Below, piece by piece: positions 23,290 to 36,749 of a stretch of DNA of 64,000 nt (positions are counted from its first letter, which is position 1; each line of letters opens with the position of its first letter). The notes under the pieces were generated by a model that worked only from the letters and a program-made list of their open reading frames with translations, made no database searches and had not been told where the DNA came from. The DNA lies in assembly GCF_036321535.1 (NCBI RefSeq), contig NC_087437.1, positions 108,874,001 through 108,938,000 on the forward strand. The letters run 5' to 3'. The stretch comes from Camelus dromedarius. Taxonomy: Eukaryota. The translations under genes and the position numbers were made by a program.

Positions 23290-24365
23290 TTGTTCTTTTT
23301 ATTTATTTATTTTTATTTTTAAACTTTTTTTTATTGAGTTATAGTCATTTTACAATGTGTCAAATTCCAGTGTAGAGCACAATTTTTCAGTTATACATGG
23401 ACATGCATATATTCATTGTCACCTTTTGTCTTCACTGTGAGCTAACACAAGATCTTGTATATATTTCCCTGTGCTATACAGTATAATCTTGTTTATCTGT
23501 TCTGCATATGCCTGTCAGTATCTACAAATTTTGAAGTCCCAATCTGTTCCTTCCTACCCCCCGCCCCCTTGGCAACCATAAGTTTGTATTCTATGTCTAT
23601 GAATTTATGTTTTTTTGTTTTTTGTTTTTTTTAGATTCCACATATAAGCGATCTCATATGGTATTTTTCTTTCTCTTTCTGGCTTACTTCACTTATAATG
23701 ACATTCTCCTGTGACATCCATGTTGCTGCAAATGGCGTTATGTTGTCATTTTTTATGGCTGAATAGTATTCCATTGTATAAATATACCACATCTTCTTTA
23801 TCCAGTCATCTGTTGATGGACATTTAGGCTCTTTCCATGTCTTGGCTATTGTAAATAGTGCTTCTATGAACACTGGGGTGTAGGTGTCTTTTTGAAGTAG
23901 GGTTCCTTCTGGTTATATGCCCAGGAGTGGGATTACTGGATCATAAGGTAAGTCTATTCCTAGTCTTTTGAGGAGTCTCCATGCTGTTTTCCACACTGGC
24001 TGCACCAAACTGCATTCCCACCAGCAGCGTAGAAGGGTTCCCTTTTCTCCACAGCCTCTCCAGCACTTGTCATTTGTGGACTTTTGAATGATGGCCATTC
24101 TGGTTGGTGTGAGGCGATATCTCATCATAGTTTTGATTTGCATTTCTCTGATAATTAGTGATACTGAGCATTTTTTCATGTGCCTATTGATCATTTGTAT
24201 TTCTTCCTTGGTGAATTGCTTGTTTAGGCCTTCTGCCCATTTTTGGATTGGGTTGTTTGTTTTTTTCTTGTTAAGTCATATGAGCTGCTTATATATCCTG
24301 GAGATCAAGCCTTTGTCAGTTTCATTGTTTGCAAAAATTTTCTCCCTTTCCGTAAGTTGTCATTT
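23290..24365 (-). mobile_element. 5'-truncated young L1
   Basis: ORF2 remnants '[26 protein letters not shown]...WWECSLVQP' and '[31 protein letters not shown]'; T-rich tail. Confidence 0.95.
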
Positions 24366-27300
24366 TGTATTTTACTTATTTGTTCTTTATTTACTGTGCT
24401 GTGGAACTCTAGAATAGACCTCAGGACATACTCTGTCATTGACAAGCTACGAATTTTTACTTTATTAAGCCATATAAACGTAGAAAAGTCAAGGAAAAGA
24501 CGTTGGGATCTTGTCGTCAAAATATGAACAAAACTTGTAATGTGAATTATTTTAAAGATAAATGTAAATATAAATAACGTAAATATAAACATAAATGATG
24601 GATGAGTTTTCTCATGGGTTAGACTGAGGATAATTTAGGTGCTCTAAAAGACATCTTCTGGTTCTAACATTAGTAATGTAACCACATGGGCCCCAATTCT
24701 TTCTTACTGCATGTAGACACAACTGGAAAGGCCTAACTAAAGTTACTCTTTTTTGTTCTTAATATGCCCTTAAAGAAAATTATTAAAAACATCTCAGACC
24801 AATGGCAGATAAAATTTTCTTAAAATTTTAGCTTAAAAAACCTAAAGGGAGTAGGAGATACTACACTGTCTAAATTCTGATTAATCTTCATTTACTTTTT
24901 CTGGGTAAAAAGGGAGAGTCATGTTTGTTCATTGTGAATTTCAGAATCTAAATTTGGAAAGAGAATTCTAAAAGCATGTTGGTTAAGCTCTGAAGAGAGT
25001 TCTTTTAAGATTCTGAATGTATAAATCATTTTACCATTTGAAGTGTGAATTAGCTGTAATTAGTCCAGAGGGCTTTTTGAAGCAATAAACTTTTCTTCTG
25101 TTCAGGAATGATTTTCTGATATATAAATAACTTCCATTTTCGTGGAACTCAGACCATAAAGGGCCCTGCAGCATAGAGTTGTCCAATTTGAATTGTTTAG
25201 ATTAATCTGTGAAATATCACTTTGATTCTTATCTTCTTCTGCTCACTTTGAGTAAGGATTTTCGTTGGTTAATAACACAGGCTCTCATCTCAAACACAAA
25301 AGCCTTTGTGAACTCTGTCCTGACAATTGATAGATTTCTTGTATTTAGTATGTTCTCAAATCTCAGAAGGAGATAATCTCCTGTCCTTCGCTGGGATTTT
25401 TCTGTTCCAGGAAAATGTCAGTTTCTATTTGTAGATGCTTCTAGGAAATCTTCATTCTCCTTTAGCTGGAGCAGTGACGGTTAGCTACCCCTGCTCCGAT
25501 GGACTTAACAATGCTATTTCTGTATCTCATTTGAGAGGCTGGGCAGCCATTCATTTGTGGTTAATACTGTAATTCTTAAAATGTACTTTTAAGAAGGGGA
25601 TGAAAATAACTGAAGCTACATTTTAGTTTGAATGCTATCACTGCTTAAGCACATACAGAACTGTCAGCAAAATGCTGTTTGTGTTGAGCAACTCCCATGA
25701 ATTGAAAGTAGCTAAGCTAAAAAAAGGGAAATTGACAGGTGTCTTATTAGGCCTTAGCTATTAGTCATTTTTGTATCTGCCCAAGTAATTGACACTCCAC
25801 TTCTAAACAAGGAGTGTGCATTTGCATGCTTTCAGGAAGAGGTCTTGCTGGGTGATTCGAATCCACTATTTCAGGATGTGATGGCTTAATTTGAAAAACG
25901 TTTTGATGAACAAAACATGATCTCTTCCTTGTCACTTTTCTGGATGTCCTCGGAGTTCACAGTATAATCAGGGACTGAATGGATTTTGCTCGAGTACGAA
26001 ATATCTGATGACTAAGGGGGTTTGGCAGGAAAATTGGAGGTAGCGTTGCTAACCGGTTTCAATAGGGAAAAGAAAAGGGATTATCTCCATTCTGTTCTTT
26101 TCTTTTCGATTGCTGTAAAATGTATTTTTGGTTTGTGACAAACCAGTTGACTCTTTACTGAATCGAAACTAGAGAAAGAATTCTGCAGATAATTTTTTTT
26201 TTTTCATTTTGGGGCTGTTCCACCTCCTAAAATTAAAGAATTTAGAATTGTAAAGAATTTTAGAGCATCAACTTTAAATCTCTGCCTGCCAGGTGAGAAA
26301 CTGTGGTCCGGAGACGTGAAGTGGCGATCTCAATGTGGCTAAATGAGTTAGAGACAGAACCAAGATGCAAAGATCACTCAGTCTGATGCCATTTATGGAA
26401 CTAGAGTCCTCTTTCTCCTATCTTTGTGTTAGTGACTTTTTCCATAAAAAGGTGAATTGCTAAGCCATATCCCGCTCTCCATCCACTGCATTTCTGTGTC
26501 ATTCGACATCTGACCTTACCTCTGGAAACAGGGAATCTTAGACTAAGCTGATAATCAAATGGAAAAGTTTGAATTGGTGACTTGAATTAAATGGCACCAC
26601 CATGAAGCATAAAATGTTTCCATGCCAACAGCTTCTCGTTTAGATGATTGTCGCAACTTTCCATATGCCACTGGTCTTGGTGATGCTGTTCAGGAATAGA
26701 GTCATCCCCCAAAGTGACTTTGCCCTTTGGATAACCTCTGCTGTCTCTTTTCAACCACGTCTGAGTTCAGACTCACTGCTTCTTTACATCCTCAAAATAC
26801 ACAACTCCAGAAGCATTGGTGAATGATGTGGATTTCACCGAACATTTCCTAGGAAGCTAGAGAGGACAGTTTCATTACATACCACTCAGGATAACTTAGA
26901 CTGTCCCTCTGGACATCCTATTTGGAATTTCAGGTTAGTCTTGACATCCCATTTTCTGGTCCCCTTTCCTCATTTCCTCTCTCTCACACAGCTTTTAAAA
27001 TCCCCTGTATATTCTGGAGTCGCAGCTCTGGTCTGAAGAGTCCAGGCACTACACAAAACAGCAGCCTGTGGTAAGTAGTGAGCAGGCAGGTTCTTCAAAC
27101 ATGCCTTTTAGGGCAGGGGTGCCTGCATTCACTTGGTCATATCTCTGGCCTTTTGGTTATCGATTCTTCACAAAAACAGATCTACAGTTACCTTGTATCT
27201 AAGTCTGGCAGGTGACAAAATTCCAGATACTGGCAAAGTCAGCTGACATCTCTTCACTTTTCTCTTTGTGTCCCTGGCTTCTGTGGGTGCCTTCCCTACC

Positions 27301-27709
27301 AGATACTGTATCCCAGGTTCAATGGAGCTCCAGAAACAGTTACTGAGTTCCTGCTACAGACCAGGCACTGTGCACTTGTCTTTGCTCAAGAGGTTTAATG
27401 GGGGAAGAGAGTGAATCTGTAAAGAGATGGAAGCAACGTTCCCTGTTGCTAAGTGCTTTACATGCAAATGAATGAGGACCTTTGGGAGTACGGAGGGTGG
27501 GATGACTAGCGAGATGGCCCTGATCTGCAAAGGTACAAAGTTGACACCAAGGCTAGTGTAGTGTTTGAGGCCCTGAGGGAAGTTCAGTGTGGCCCTGTCG
27601 TGGGGAGGGTGGGACATGAGCACAGAGACGACTAGGATGGATTCTGAAGGACTTTGAATGCCATATGTTATCCTCCAGGCAAGAGTGAGTCAACCAATGG
27701 ATTTTTCAA

Positions 27710-28900
27710 CATTTTAATTTTTATTACAGTTTGACACACTTACGTCAAAAAGGCGAAGAGTTCAAGGTTTGTTACCAAAAATCCTTCCAGGGCTTAGGCC
27801 TCCTCTTTCCCATCTTCTCCATTCCAGAGGTAAGGACTCTCTAGAGAATTCTGTGAGCCTTTGCCTCCCACCTCTACAAGACATGTTTGTATTTCTTGCT
27901 TTTTTTCAGTCTGGGCGATTATCTGTTGGCTTTTTACCATGGAGGATCAGAATTTGGTCATTTTCTCCCCGCACCCCTACATCATCACATATGCAAGCAC
28001 CCTTCTTAAGCCACCTCCTTTCAACAGTATCATTTTAGTTAGATCAATATTCAACATTTACATTATTTAGGTCATGTAAATGCAACTCACAGCTGAGGCA
28101 AATAGTCAACTACGGTTACTTTTACTTTGCTACAGACTGCCCTTGGAGTTCATTTTTTTGTTTGTGTGCTTTTTCATTTCTTGCATTTGTCACTAATTCC
28201 ATTGGAAAACTCTTTGCCCTTCTAAATTTCTTCTCACGTCTGTAGTCCCCATCAAGTAGTCAAACCACTTCCTTTTCCTAAAGAGCTCTTTGGACCTGAT
28301 GATCTGGGCACTAAGATGAGCTGTCTTCTACACCTACCACACAGGATCACCCTGTAATCTTTCACTGCCATCCTGAAAGGTTATTTTACCCTTTCTTGTG
28401 TTGAGTCTTTCTGTTTCCTGTATCCAAGTCTTCCTTTTCTTGGTTTACTCTAGTAGCTTTCTGAGAAAAGTACACAGGATGTAAATGTTTTTTAAGACTT
28501 TCACCCTCAGACTTAATGAATAATTTGGTCAGCTATGGAATTCTAGGTTGGAAACAACTTTTTCTTTTAGAACATTGAAGATTAGCTCCATTTCCTTGCA
28601 GTCTCCTGTGCTGATTCTTCTGTATTTTTCTCCTTTTATGAACTGTGTAATCTGCTTTCATTCTCAGCTTTCCCTGCTTGAAGTTTGAGTCTCTCTGGTC
28701 TACTAATCACCTCTCACCGCTCTTCCACCTGCTTTCCAGCTCAAAATTTTGTTTTGTCTTCTTTCCCATTCTCTACATCCTTGTGGATTTATGCCTAAAA
28801 GCAAAACAAAACAAATAAAAACAAACAAAAATTCAACAACGAAACTTTACTGTCATTTTAGTAGGGTTTTAGACATAGAAAATGTTGAAGCTACCATCTT
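27710..28900 (-). mobile_element. Highly degraded old L1 fragments
   Basis: T-rich antisense L1 texture such as 'ggaattctaggttggaaac'; subfamily not resolvable. Confidence 0.45.
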
Positions 28901-30689
28901 TACCTGGAAGTTTCTTTAGAAATAGGAGTGTGGATCTTGGTTACTAGTTCTTGAAGCTCATAGAGTATTGTTGCAGAGAAAGGCTGCAAAATCACGAATG
29001 CCCTTTAGCACACAGAATACCATGAGCTGACCAATGGCTCTGCACCTTTGTGCTGTCAAGCTGTGTGAGCTGGCACAGTGGGCAGTGGGAGTAATCTTGG
29101 GAGAGACTTCTACACTGACTTGGCCAGCAACCTACTCTATACTGAGACAGAGAACCACCTAAACACATGGATAGGAAATGTACTATTTAGCCAAATTCTC
29201 ACAACTACTCCATTTCCACTCAGTACAAGTGTGGAAGTGTGACAGAGGGGGATTTGGAATGGGAAGAGACAGAAGTTTTAACCAATGCAATTAAAATATC
29301 TCACTTTTGCAAAGTTTACAAAGACATCTGACCATATGAGCCCACTGCAAAGGTCCTACCGGGGGCCTTAGGAGGTGTTTGTGTGAGTGAGGATCCTGAA
29401 AACAGCATCGGCTCAACAGATGCTTTCCTCAGGGAGTGACAGTGATTCGGTCTCTCTTTTTAAAGGAAGGTGAGCAATGGCGGCCGTGTGAAGAATGATC
29501 TAGAAGAGAGTCAAGGCAGGTGTCTAGTGATGAGTCACCGCCCGGATGTTGTAAAGATCTCTGAGGAAGAATCACCCAGTTTGGTGGCCGATGCTCCCTG
29601 GAGAGGTGATGGCCGGGAAGCGCTGTTGGGGAAGGACTGGTGAGATAGGAATTTGTCCTCCCTCACTTCTACCTTTCTTTCAAAGTCTAATTGTCATAAA
29701 CCCCTGCCCTCTCAAAGTCCCACTCTGCTTTCAAAGGTATTGTTTGGGTGGTCCTTCTGTACTCCTGCATAAATGAAGCTAAAACAGAGGATGCTGCTGC
29801 TGGAACAGGTGTAAACGTTTAGCACGAATCTCCTTTCTTTTTGTTCTCCACTCCAAAGGCAGAACTCTTTTCCTAGGCCTCAGTTTCCTCAAGAAGGAGT
29901 TGGATTAAGATCTAATTCTACTCTAATATTAAGCATTGTTCTAATTGTTAATTATATGGACTTCACATTAATTCCTTGCAGAAGGAGTAACTCATGGTTT
30001 TTATTCATTGGATGAAGTGATCAGATTTGTTGGTACTTACCAGCATTAAATTACTAAAGTAAACAAATCTCTTTGTACTTCCCGAGGCTTGGCATTTCTC
30101 TTTCCTAAAGAAATGACTTTTTGAGACTCTCATTCTGGCAATAGGAAAATGCATCTCTTACAAAGGCAATTTTAGCCATATGCCTTGAACCGATTTTGGT
30201 TTGCAGGGGAAGAAATGTATTTTGGCAAACCAATTGGCCCCAATACTTTACTGGCTCTGAAACTTTGGACAAATTACTAATACTTTTGGAGTCCCGTTTG
30301 TTTCTCTATAAAACAGAAATAACAGTAGCTATCTTAAAGGGATGTTCTCAGCGTTAAGTGATGTCGTATGTATGAAAAGAGCTTAGCTGAGCGGCATGTA
30401 ATATTTGCCCCGTCAAAGTCATTTACCGTTGCCATCTTGAAACTAGACTGTCTTTGTGGGACACTGACATATCCAGCTTATGAAGATATTAAGACAGGAT
30501 TTCTAAGTGGCCTTTCCTTTTCTTCCCTCCCTGCCTTCCTCTCTCTTTCCTTCCCTCCCTCCTTCCTTCCTTCTCTTTCATTTTTCAGTATGCTCAACAT
30601 TAATTTATCAGTTTGGAGAATAGTTCCCTCTCCACCCATGACACTGTCCACATACTCTGCTCCTTTTCCACAGCAGTGAACGTGGGACT

Positions 30690-31015
30690 CAAACTTGGCT
30701 GAAGGTGGTCCTACCCAGGGATTCTGAGGAAGATACTTTATTTCTATTGGGCTTTAAAACTGGTAGGATGTAAGTTAGGCGGCTGGTGGCTACCTCATGG
30801 GACACTCTATCTGAGAATGATGTTGACATAGGAGAATGCTGACCCAGGAGGTGGAGAAAGACAGGTTCCTGATGTCTTTGTGACTTTGGATAAATCCACG
30901 TCAGAAACAAAAAGCCTCCTGTATTTCGTAGTTATGTGAGCCAATAACTACTCTGTTATTTAAGCCAGTGCTAAATTGTTTTTTGACTCCTGTGACTAAA
31001 AGAATCCTGACTAAG
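30690..31015 (+). mobile_element. MaLR (MLT1-type) LTR fragment
   Basis: 3' end 'gttatgtgagccaataac...ttttttgactcctgtgactaaaagaatcctgactaa'. Confidence 0.6.
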
Positions 31016-32595
31016 TCAGACATAAAACTTCTTTTTCTCCCCTTTCATCTCATTCACAAGGGAGGTTTGACTGGCATTTGGCCCTCTCTTGCAGTAGAAA
31101 ACTTTCAAAGTAAAGACACACCCTCAAAGGGCAGAAAGCCACCATATTTAATGGATCATGGAGCTCAGTGCTTTAGATTATTAAAAATAGTTCAACCAGT
31201 TTCCTTAATAATTTTAGTAAAGATGTGACCTTAAAATTGAAGCCCATTTGAGAAATGTCTGAAAGGCATTTGGGATACATCTCTTTAGGCCTTTCAATTT
31301 TAACAGGCTTGTGTTCATGGGTTCACATGGTACAAAACCGCAGTTATGATTAGAAAAAAAGGCGATGGATGTTTACAGACCAGGTGTTCAGCACTTGCCT
31401 CAAATGCATGCTTATTGTATGCAGGCGAAGGATGTCGTGGGCACTGCTCAAAATGAGTTTCAAAGCAAGTCACAGAGGAAAAGTCCCACAGGAGCTGTCT
31501 TCATCTCTGTGGCCATGTGGAGAGGAGGAACACTGGTTAATCAGCACCAGAGAAGAAGTCTTATGTTCAAGCTGTGTGCACTTGCTTATTTTCAAGAAAG
31601 CATTCTGTCATGTTAGATTAATGTGGTTAAATTCTCTTTTAACTTTGGTGTTTTATTTGTAGTCAGTCTGCAAACCTGGTTTTATGAATTTCATAAGAAG
31701 CTTAAACATAGTTTTATGTGTACTTGCTTAGGTAACATTATTATTAAAATGATCTAAGTCAATATTGGAGTTTTCTTCTAGAAGAATAGTATTCACTGCC
31801 TATGAAGCAGTCTTGCATTAAAAAAAATTAAGCTTGAACTCAATCAAGTTTCTGGGTCTCATTGTCAATTTGCAGGCAATCTAGAAGACAGAGAAGCATA
31901 TTAAATGACATGATGGAGGTGCAGCTGTGGGAAACTCTATGGTTTTTAAAACAAATGAATTGTAAAAAAAATTAGTTGGAGGTAGTACTTACAGATTTTT
32001 TTAAATGTAAGAAAAGTGGCAATCAATTACATATTTGAACCTTGTTTGGGTCTTTTAATTAAAAATAAACAACAAACCTAAAAAATAACTTAAGGCATTT
32101 GTGAGAAAACATGGAGGCTGAGTGTGGACTGGATGGTTGATGATGCTGGAGAAGTATTGCTGTGGCGGTCACTGTCTGGTGTGATGGTGGTTTTTGGTAC
32201 AATAGTGCTACTCAGTTGCATTAAAGAAGGGAGTGGGCTTGCCTGGTGGGATACACACTGAGAATTTTACAGATAACAAATTCTTGTTTGCCTTAGGATA
32301 ATATTAAAATGATAAACTAAACTTACCTGTTCTAGAGTCACAAGTTTTAAAACTTGGTTTTAGTAATCTTTCCAGGTTGTATTCTTGGGAAAGATGCAAA
32401 TGTTGAAATATAAAATAAATACGATTTCCCATAGTCAAGAATATTAAAGGAAACTTCACTTTATCTCCAAGAGTCTGATGTCTAAGTAATTTTAGAAATA
32501 GGAACATGTGTGTCAAATCTAATCAACTATAAATTATAAATTTATACTATAAAACCATTAAAATTCTGTATAAGGTTAAAAAGGCAAAACAGTAG

Positions 32596-32596
<1 letters not shown>

Positions 32597-32629
<33 letters not shown>

Positions 32630-32643
32630 ACACACACACACAC
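32597..32643. repeat. (CA)n microsatellite, interrupted
   Basis: Seen directly. Confidence 0.95.
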
Positions 32644-32709
32644 TATATTGTTTCAATTCAGGAAACCTTAAGTTTTCCTTTGCTTGCTTGTTGGCTAATT
32701 CTATAGGTT

Positions 32710-33344
32710 AAGGGTCTGAAAACTATGGGCCTACGGACCTTAGTTCAACTCTTGCCCACTACCTGTTTTGGTGGGTCCATGGGCTAAGAATGATTTTTAT
32801 ATTTTTAAATCTTTGACAAATATATATTTGACAATAATATTTGGTAGCTTTTGGAAATGGTATGAAATTCTAATTTCAGTGTCCATAAATACACTTTCAT
32901 TGGAATGCAGATGTGCCAATTTTTTTTTTACTACTTTTGTAAACTAAGTTTTATTGGTGTCCATTCATCCACTGGTATGTTGTCTATTTCTGTTTTCCAC
33001 AATAGAAATGGCAGAGATGAGTAGCGTCTTCCCTCAGTATCCACAGTGGATTGGTCCCAGGACACCTCCTCCAAAACCCAGATCCATGAATGCCTTAGTC
33101 CTGTATAGACAATGACCCAGGACAGTAGGCTAGGCTTCCTGGCTGCATCCACGGGTTCTGTATCCACGGTTCCATGTTTGCAGATTATGCATCTGTGGGT
33201 TCAGGGAACCACAGAGGTTGAATCCACACATGTGGAACTCATGGATATGGTGGGGCCACTGTAAATGCCACAGAGCCTGCATGGCTTGCAAAGCCTAAAA
33301 TATCGACCCCCTGGCCCTTTACAGCAAAAGTTTGCCAACCTCTG
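32710..33344. mobile_element. MER58B (hAT-Charlie) with nested MER2-like Tigger element (33024-33261)
   Basis: MER58 '...ggcagagatgagta | aatgccacagag...gcaaagcctaaaata...aaagtttgccaacctctg'; insert 'ccctcagtatccac...ggttgaatccac...ggggccactg' flanked by TA. Confidence 0.8.
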
Positions 33345-33539
33345 TTCTAGACAGAAAAACTGAGGTCCTGGAGATGTGAAGCATCTGGTTTAAACTCACA
33401 CAGCTTTTGGAGGCAGCATCATAATTCTAACCTAGATCTTTTAACTCTTCTAACACCTTTGGGTATGATTTTCCCTATATTTTTGCCCCCTTGAAGTCAT
33501 AATTTCTACTTATAAGTTCTTATACTGTCTTTTAATCAT

Positions 33540-33690
33540 CAAAACTGCCTGTAAGATAGATACCATAATTATTCCTCATATTTGGGGAAATTGAGGCACA
33601 GATTAGTTAAGTAACTTTATGGAGGTCCCACACCAGCAAGAGGCAGAGCCAGGTTGGGGACCTAGGCAGCCTGGCTCTTAAACACTCAGA
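33540..33690 (-). mobile_element. MIR SINE
   Basis: 'gaaattgaggcacagattagttaagtaactt...ggcagagccagg'. Confidence 0.7.
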
Positions 33691-34579
33691 CTGTTCTGTC
33701 TTTTTCAATGAGAGAAACGCAAAGCCCAAGAAAGAGAACCCACTCAGTGGTTGAATACTTCTAATCTTGCTCGGGTCTCTCTCAAGCTTTAATGGCAAAA
33801 AGGATAGAAAGTTGATCATTCTGTTCTCTTAAGCCTGAAAGTCAACTTGACTCCCAATCACCTTTAAAATGAAAGACTCTGACAGCGTCTGATCAGAAGT
33901 TCTTGGAGGAGGGACTACCCTGTTTTTGTTTTGGAGCTTCCGTCCTTGTTTGGTGATCTTTCACTTGACAAGCAAGTTTGGGAGCGAATGACAACATCGC
34001 TGCAAGTAAGGAGTGCAAAGTCCTTGGGACTGTGGGAAATCTTAGCGGCGGCGTGGCTGGGGTCAGGGGCAGAGGAAGAGACCACCGCAAAGAACAGTGG
34101 CCTGAGACCAGCTCACGGGATGTGACAGGTCCTCCGGCTGCTTTCCCGGCATTCCACTCGCAGTCCCCTGAGCCAATGGGAAGAATCCAGTCCCCTGAAT
34201 CTGTGCAGATTTCTTGTGGTGCATGTCGTAAAAAGTTTGCCTTCCATCCATCGGACCAAGGAAACCTGCTAAGTCCTTGTACTCATTTGCTTAAGGATCT
34301 ATTCACTTGTGTTTGTTTCAAACAGACGTATAAGTGCTTTATAGAACAGCAGGGTTAAGAAATAACTTCGGGGCGTTTGTGTCACTGACAGAAGAAACGT
34401 CTGACATGTAAGAATTGTTTGTGGGGATGGAGTTGGGAGGGATGAACAGAAGAGAGGTGACTGAGTGGCAGAAAAAGAAAAGTTATCTTTCTCCGAGGAG
34501 ACCCTTCCCCTGCCTCTGCCACTGTCAGGGAGCTATGCCTTGGATGTCCACTGGACCTTCAGATTGGGATAGGGTGAGG

Positions 34580-34845
34580 CAGGAGTTGGTAAACTATGGC
34601 CTGAGGGCCAAATCCAGGCTGCTGTCTGGTTTTGTAAATAAAGTTTTATTGGCACACAGGCATGTCCATTTGTTTTCTGTTTTTGTAAATAAAGTTGGAG
34701 CCCATCCATTCAAATATATCTTGTCCAAGGCTGCTTTTGTGCTATAATGGCCGAGATGAGTGGTTCTGACAGTGACTGTAACAGCTCATTTAGTGTAAAA
34801 CATTTATTATCTGATCCTTTATTGGAAAAAAAAATGACCAATGGT
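34580..34845. mobile_element. MER58A (hAT-Charlie) with small internal duplication
   Basis: 'caggagttggtaaactatggcctgagggccaaatcc'; 'ttttgtaaataaagtt' occurs twice. Confidence 0.8.
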
Positions 34846-35654
34846 TATAAGGGAAGACTGATTATTTCACTATTATGGAAAATTTCTTTTTAGAGACCAT
34901 AGGTTGCATTCGTCACATAGCAGTGGAGAGCTAACTTTAAAGTATTGATGAAAATGTCTTTTAAACCATTCTCTAAATGCTTCACACAAACATTAGCATT
35001 TCTTGTTTAAATGTATGAACCATTGAGTTACCACCACAGCACAGCCTGGGAATGGGTATTTTTAAAAGGCATGAACCCAGTAATGAGGCAAATTTGGGAA
35101 ATGCCAGCCTGGCACATACCAAGTCTTCCCAAAATGCTTCTTGGATTGTATCAAGAAATTGAGATCACATTAATGTGACAACAATCTGTACCATGAGCTG
35201 CTGCGCATTTTGTAGACTATAATTTAGAATCAAATCAAGGGTCCATTAGTTGAAAAACTCCTCAAATTCCATTGAAAATAACTTTCCATGTAACAGTAAA
35301 AATCCATTTACTGCTGAAAGGGGAAAACAAAAACTTACACACATTGCTTCTCTACAGAGACATACTGCCAACTGTTAACTGTTAATATTTTGATGTGCAT
35401 ACGCTATTCTTTCTGGACTGAATTAGTATAATTCTATTGAATTCTTAAAATACCATGTAGTTATTTTGGGTTACACTTGTGGGAAGGGATTTCACTTGGG
35501 TTTCAGATTTGTTGCTCTCTTGGAGGTGTTTAGATAAAGAGCCAAGAAATGCATCATTGCTCCCATGGGAACAGAAGAACCGGTGAATATTATTATTTAA
35601 AGCCTTGAATTTATACGATCAGGCTTGGACAGAGCACATTTAGATATTCAGATG

Positions 35655-36265
35655 TATTCTTTTTGCTCTTTTCTTGTTGTCATCTTGTCCTTTACAAATC
35701 TTTTCCTTTGTAGCTCTTCACCAACTGGGCATCACCACGCCACTGCTGATGTCATAGGATGCAGCTGACACTATGGGCAGTCCCAAGGATTGCTTTGAAG
35801 ATGCTGGGGAATTCTCTGGATAAAGATCTATGCTGCGTCTGTCAGGTGCTTTTTGATAATATCACAAGAAGCAATATTTCCATTGTGTTTAGTGTGTAAT
35901 TGCCTTTTTCTATTTCTGGGTGGTTTGCCAAGGGCTTGGATGACCAGAGCAGAGCAGAAAGGAGCCCCTTCATTTGGGGTCTTTCCATTCAGAGTCAATT
36001 TCACTGGAATCCAGATGCTTCCAGTCACTAATTCTCTTGGCAATGTCACTACCAGCTTTTCTGAAGGCACACCTAGGGGCTGATTTGGGAGCCAGTGCAG
36101 AATCTGCATCTACTTTCCCATCCATACACACGAGATCCACAACTTTGATTTCCTTGGGGTTGAACTTAGGCGTCATGATAAATATGGCTGGTGTTGGATG
36201 AACCTGGATGCTAGACCATGAAGAAGGTTGTACCTTTGTCTCCTTCAAGCCAAAAGTTGAAAGCC
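35655..36265 (-). pseudogene. RPL12: Processed pseudogene of 60S ribosomal protein L12 (uL11)
   Basis: Minus-strand MTPKFNPKEIKVVDLVCMDGKVDADSALAPK..., VKLTLN...SALVIQALGKPPRNRKRQLHTKHNGNI match RPL12; ATG at 36176; 5'UTR homology, no introns, frameshifts, decayed A tail. Confidence 0.95.
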
Positions 36266-36319
36266 AGACTAGTTGTTTCATTGCCAATAAAACAACTCAG
36301 CTTGGTCTTTCATACAGAG

Positions 36320-36570
36320 TGCTTCGTGGTAGAGCAGAAATAGCATGGACTAAAAATTAGAAAACCTGGATCTTATTTGGGTCATTATTCCATAATGATC
36401 ATTTATCATTGAGGCCATTTCTTAAATTGTCTGAGTCTCAGTTTGCTCATCTGTTAAATAGGGATGACAATATTGACTGTAATTATTTCATAGGATTATT
36501 GGGAAGATGAAGATGAGATAGTGGATAAGACTCTTTGGAAAAATTTTAATGCAATATGTAAGATGATATT
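36320..36570 (+). mobile_element. MIR SINE
   Basis: 'ctgagtctcagtttgctcatctgttaaataggg...cataggattattg'. Confidence 0.7.
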
Positions 36571-36749
36571 ATTAACCCTAAAATAACATCTAAACAGTAA
36601 TAATAATTCCTGGAAAGATTTGCAGTTAGAAGTGCAACTAGGTTTATATATTAATGCTTTAATCGTCCAAATCTGTGTCCCTTATTGCTGTGGATAACAT
36701 AACAAATTAGCCTTTTATTCATGAGCTCAGGGAGATCTGCCAAGTCCTT

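Noticed and set aside
26389..26398. CArG box CCATTTATGG
   Set aside because: At the edge of a MIR remnant with no supporting motifs; chance occurrence is likely
33978..34358. 126-aa ORF in a GC-rich patch
   Set aside because: Non-ATG start, no homology recognised, no splice structure linking it to MAP3K7CL
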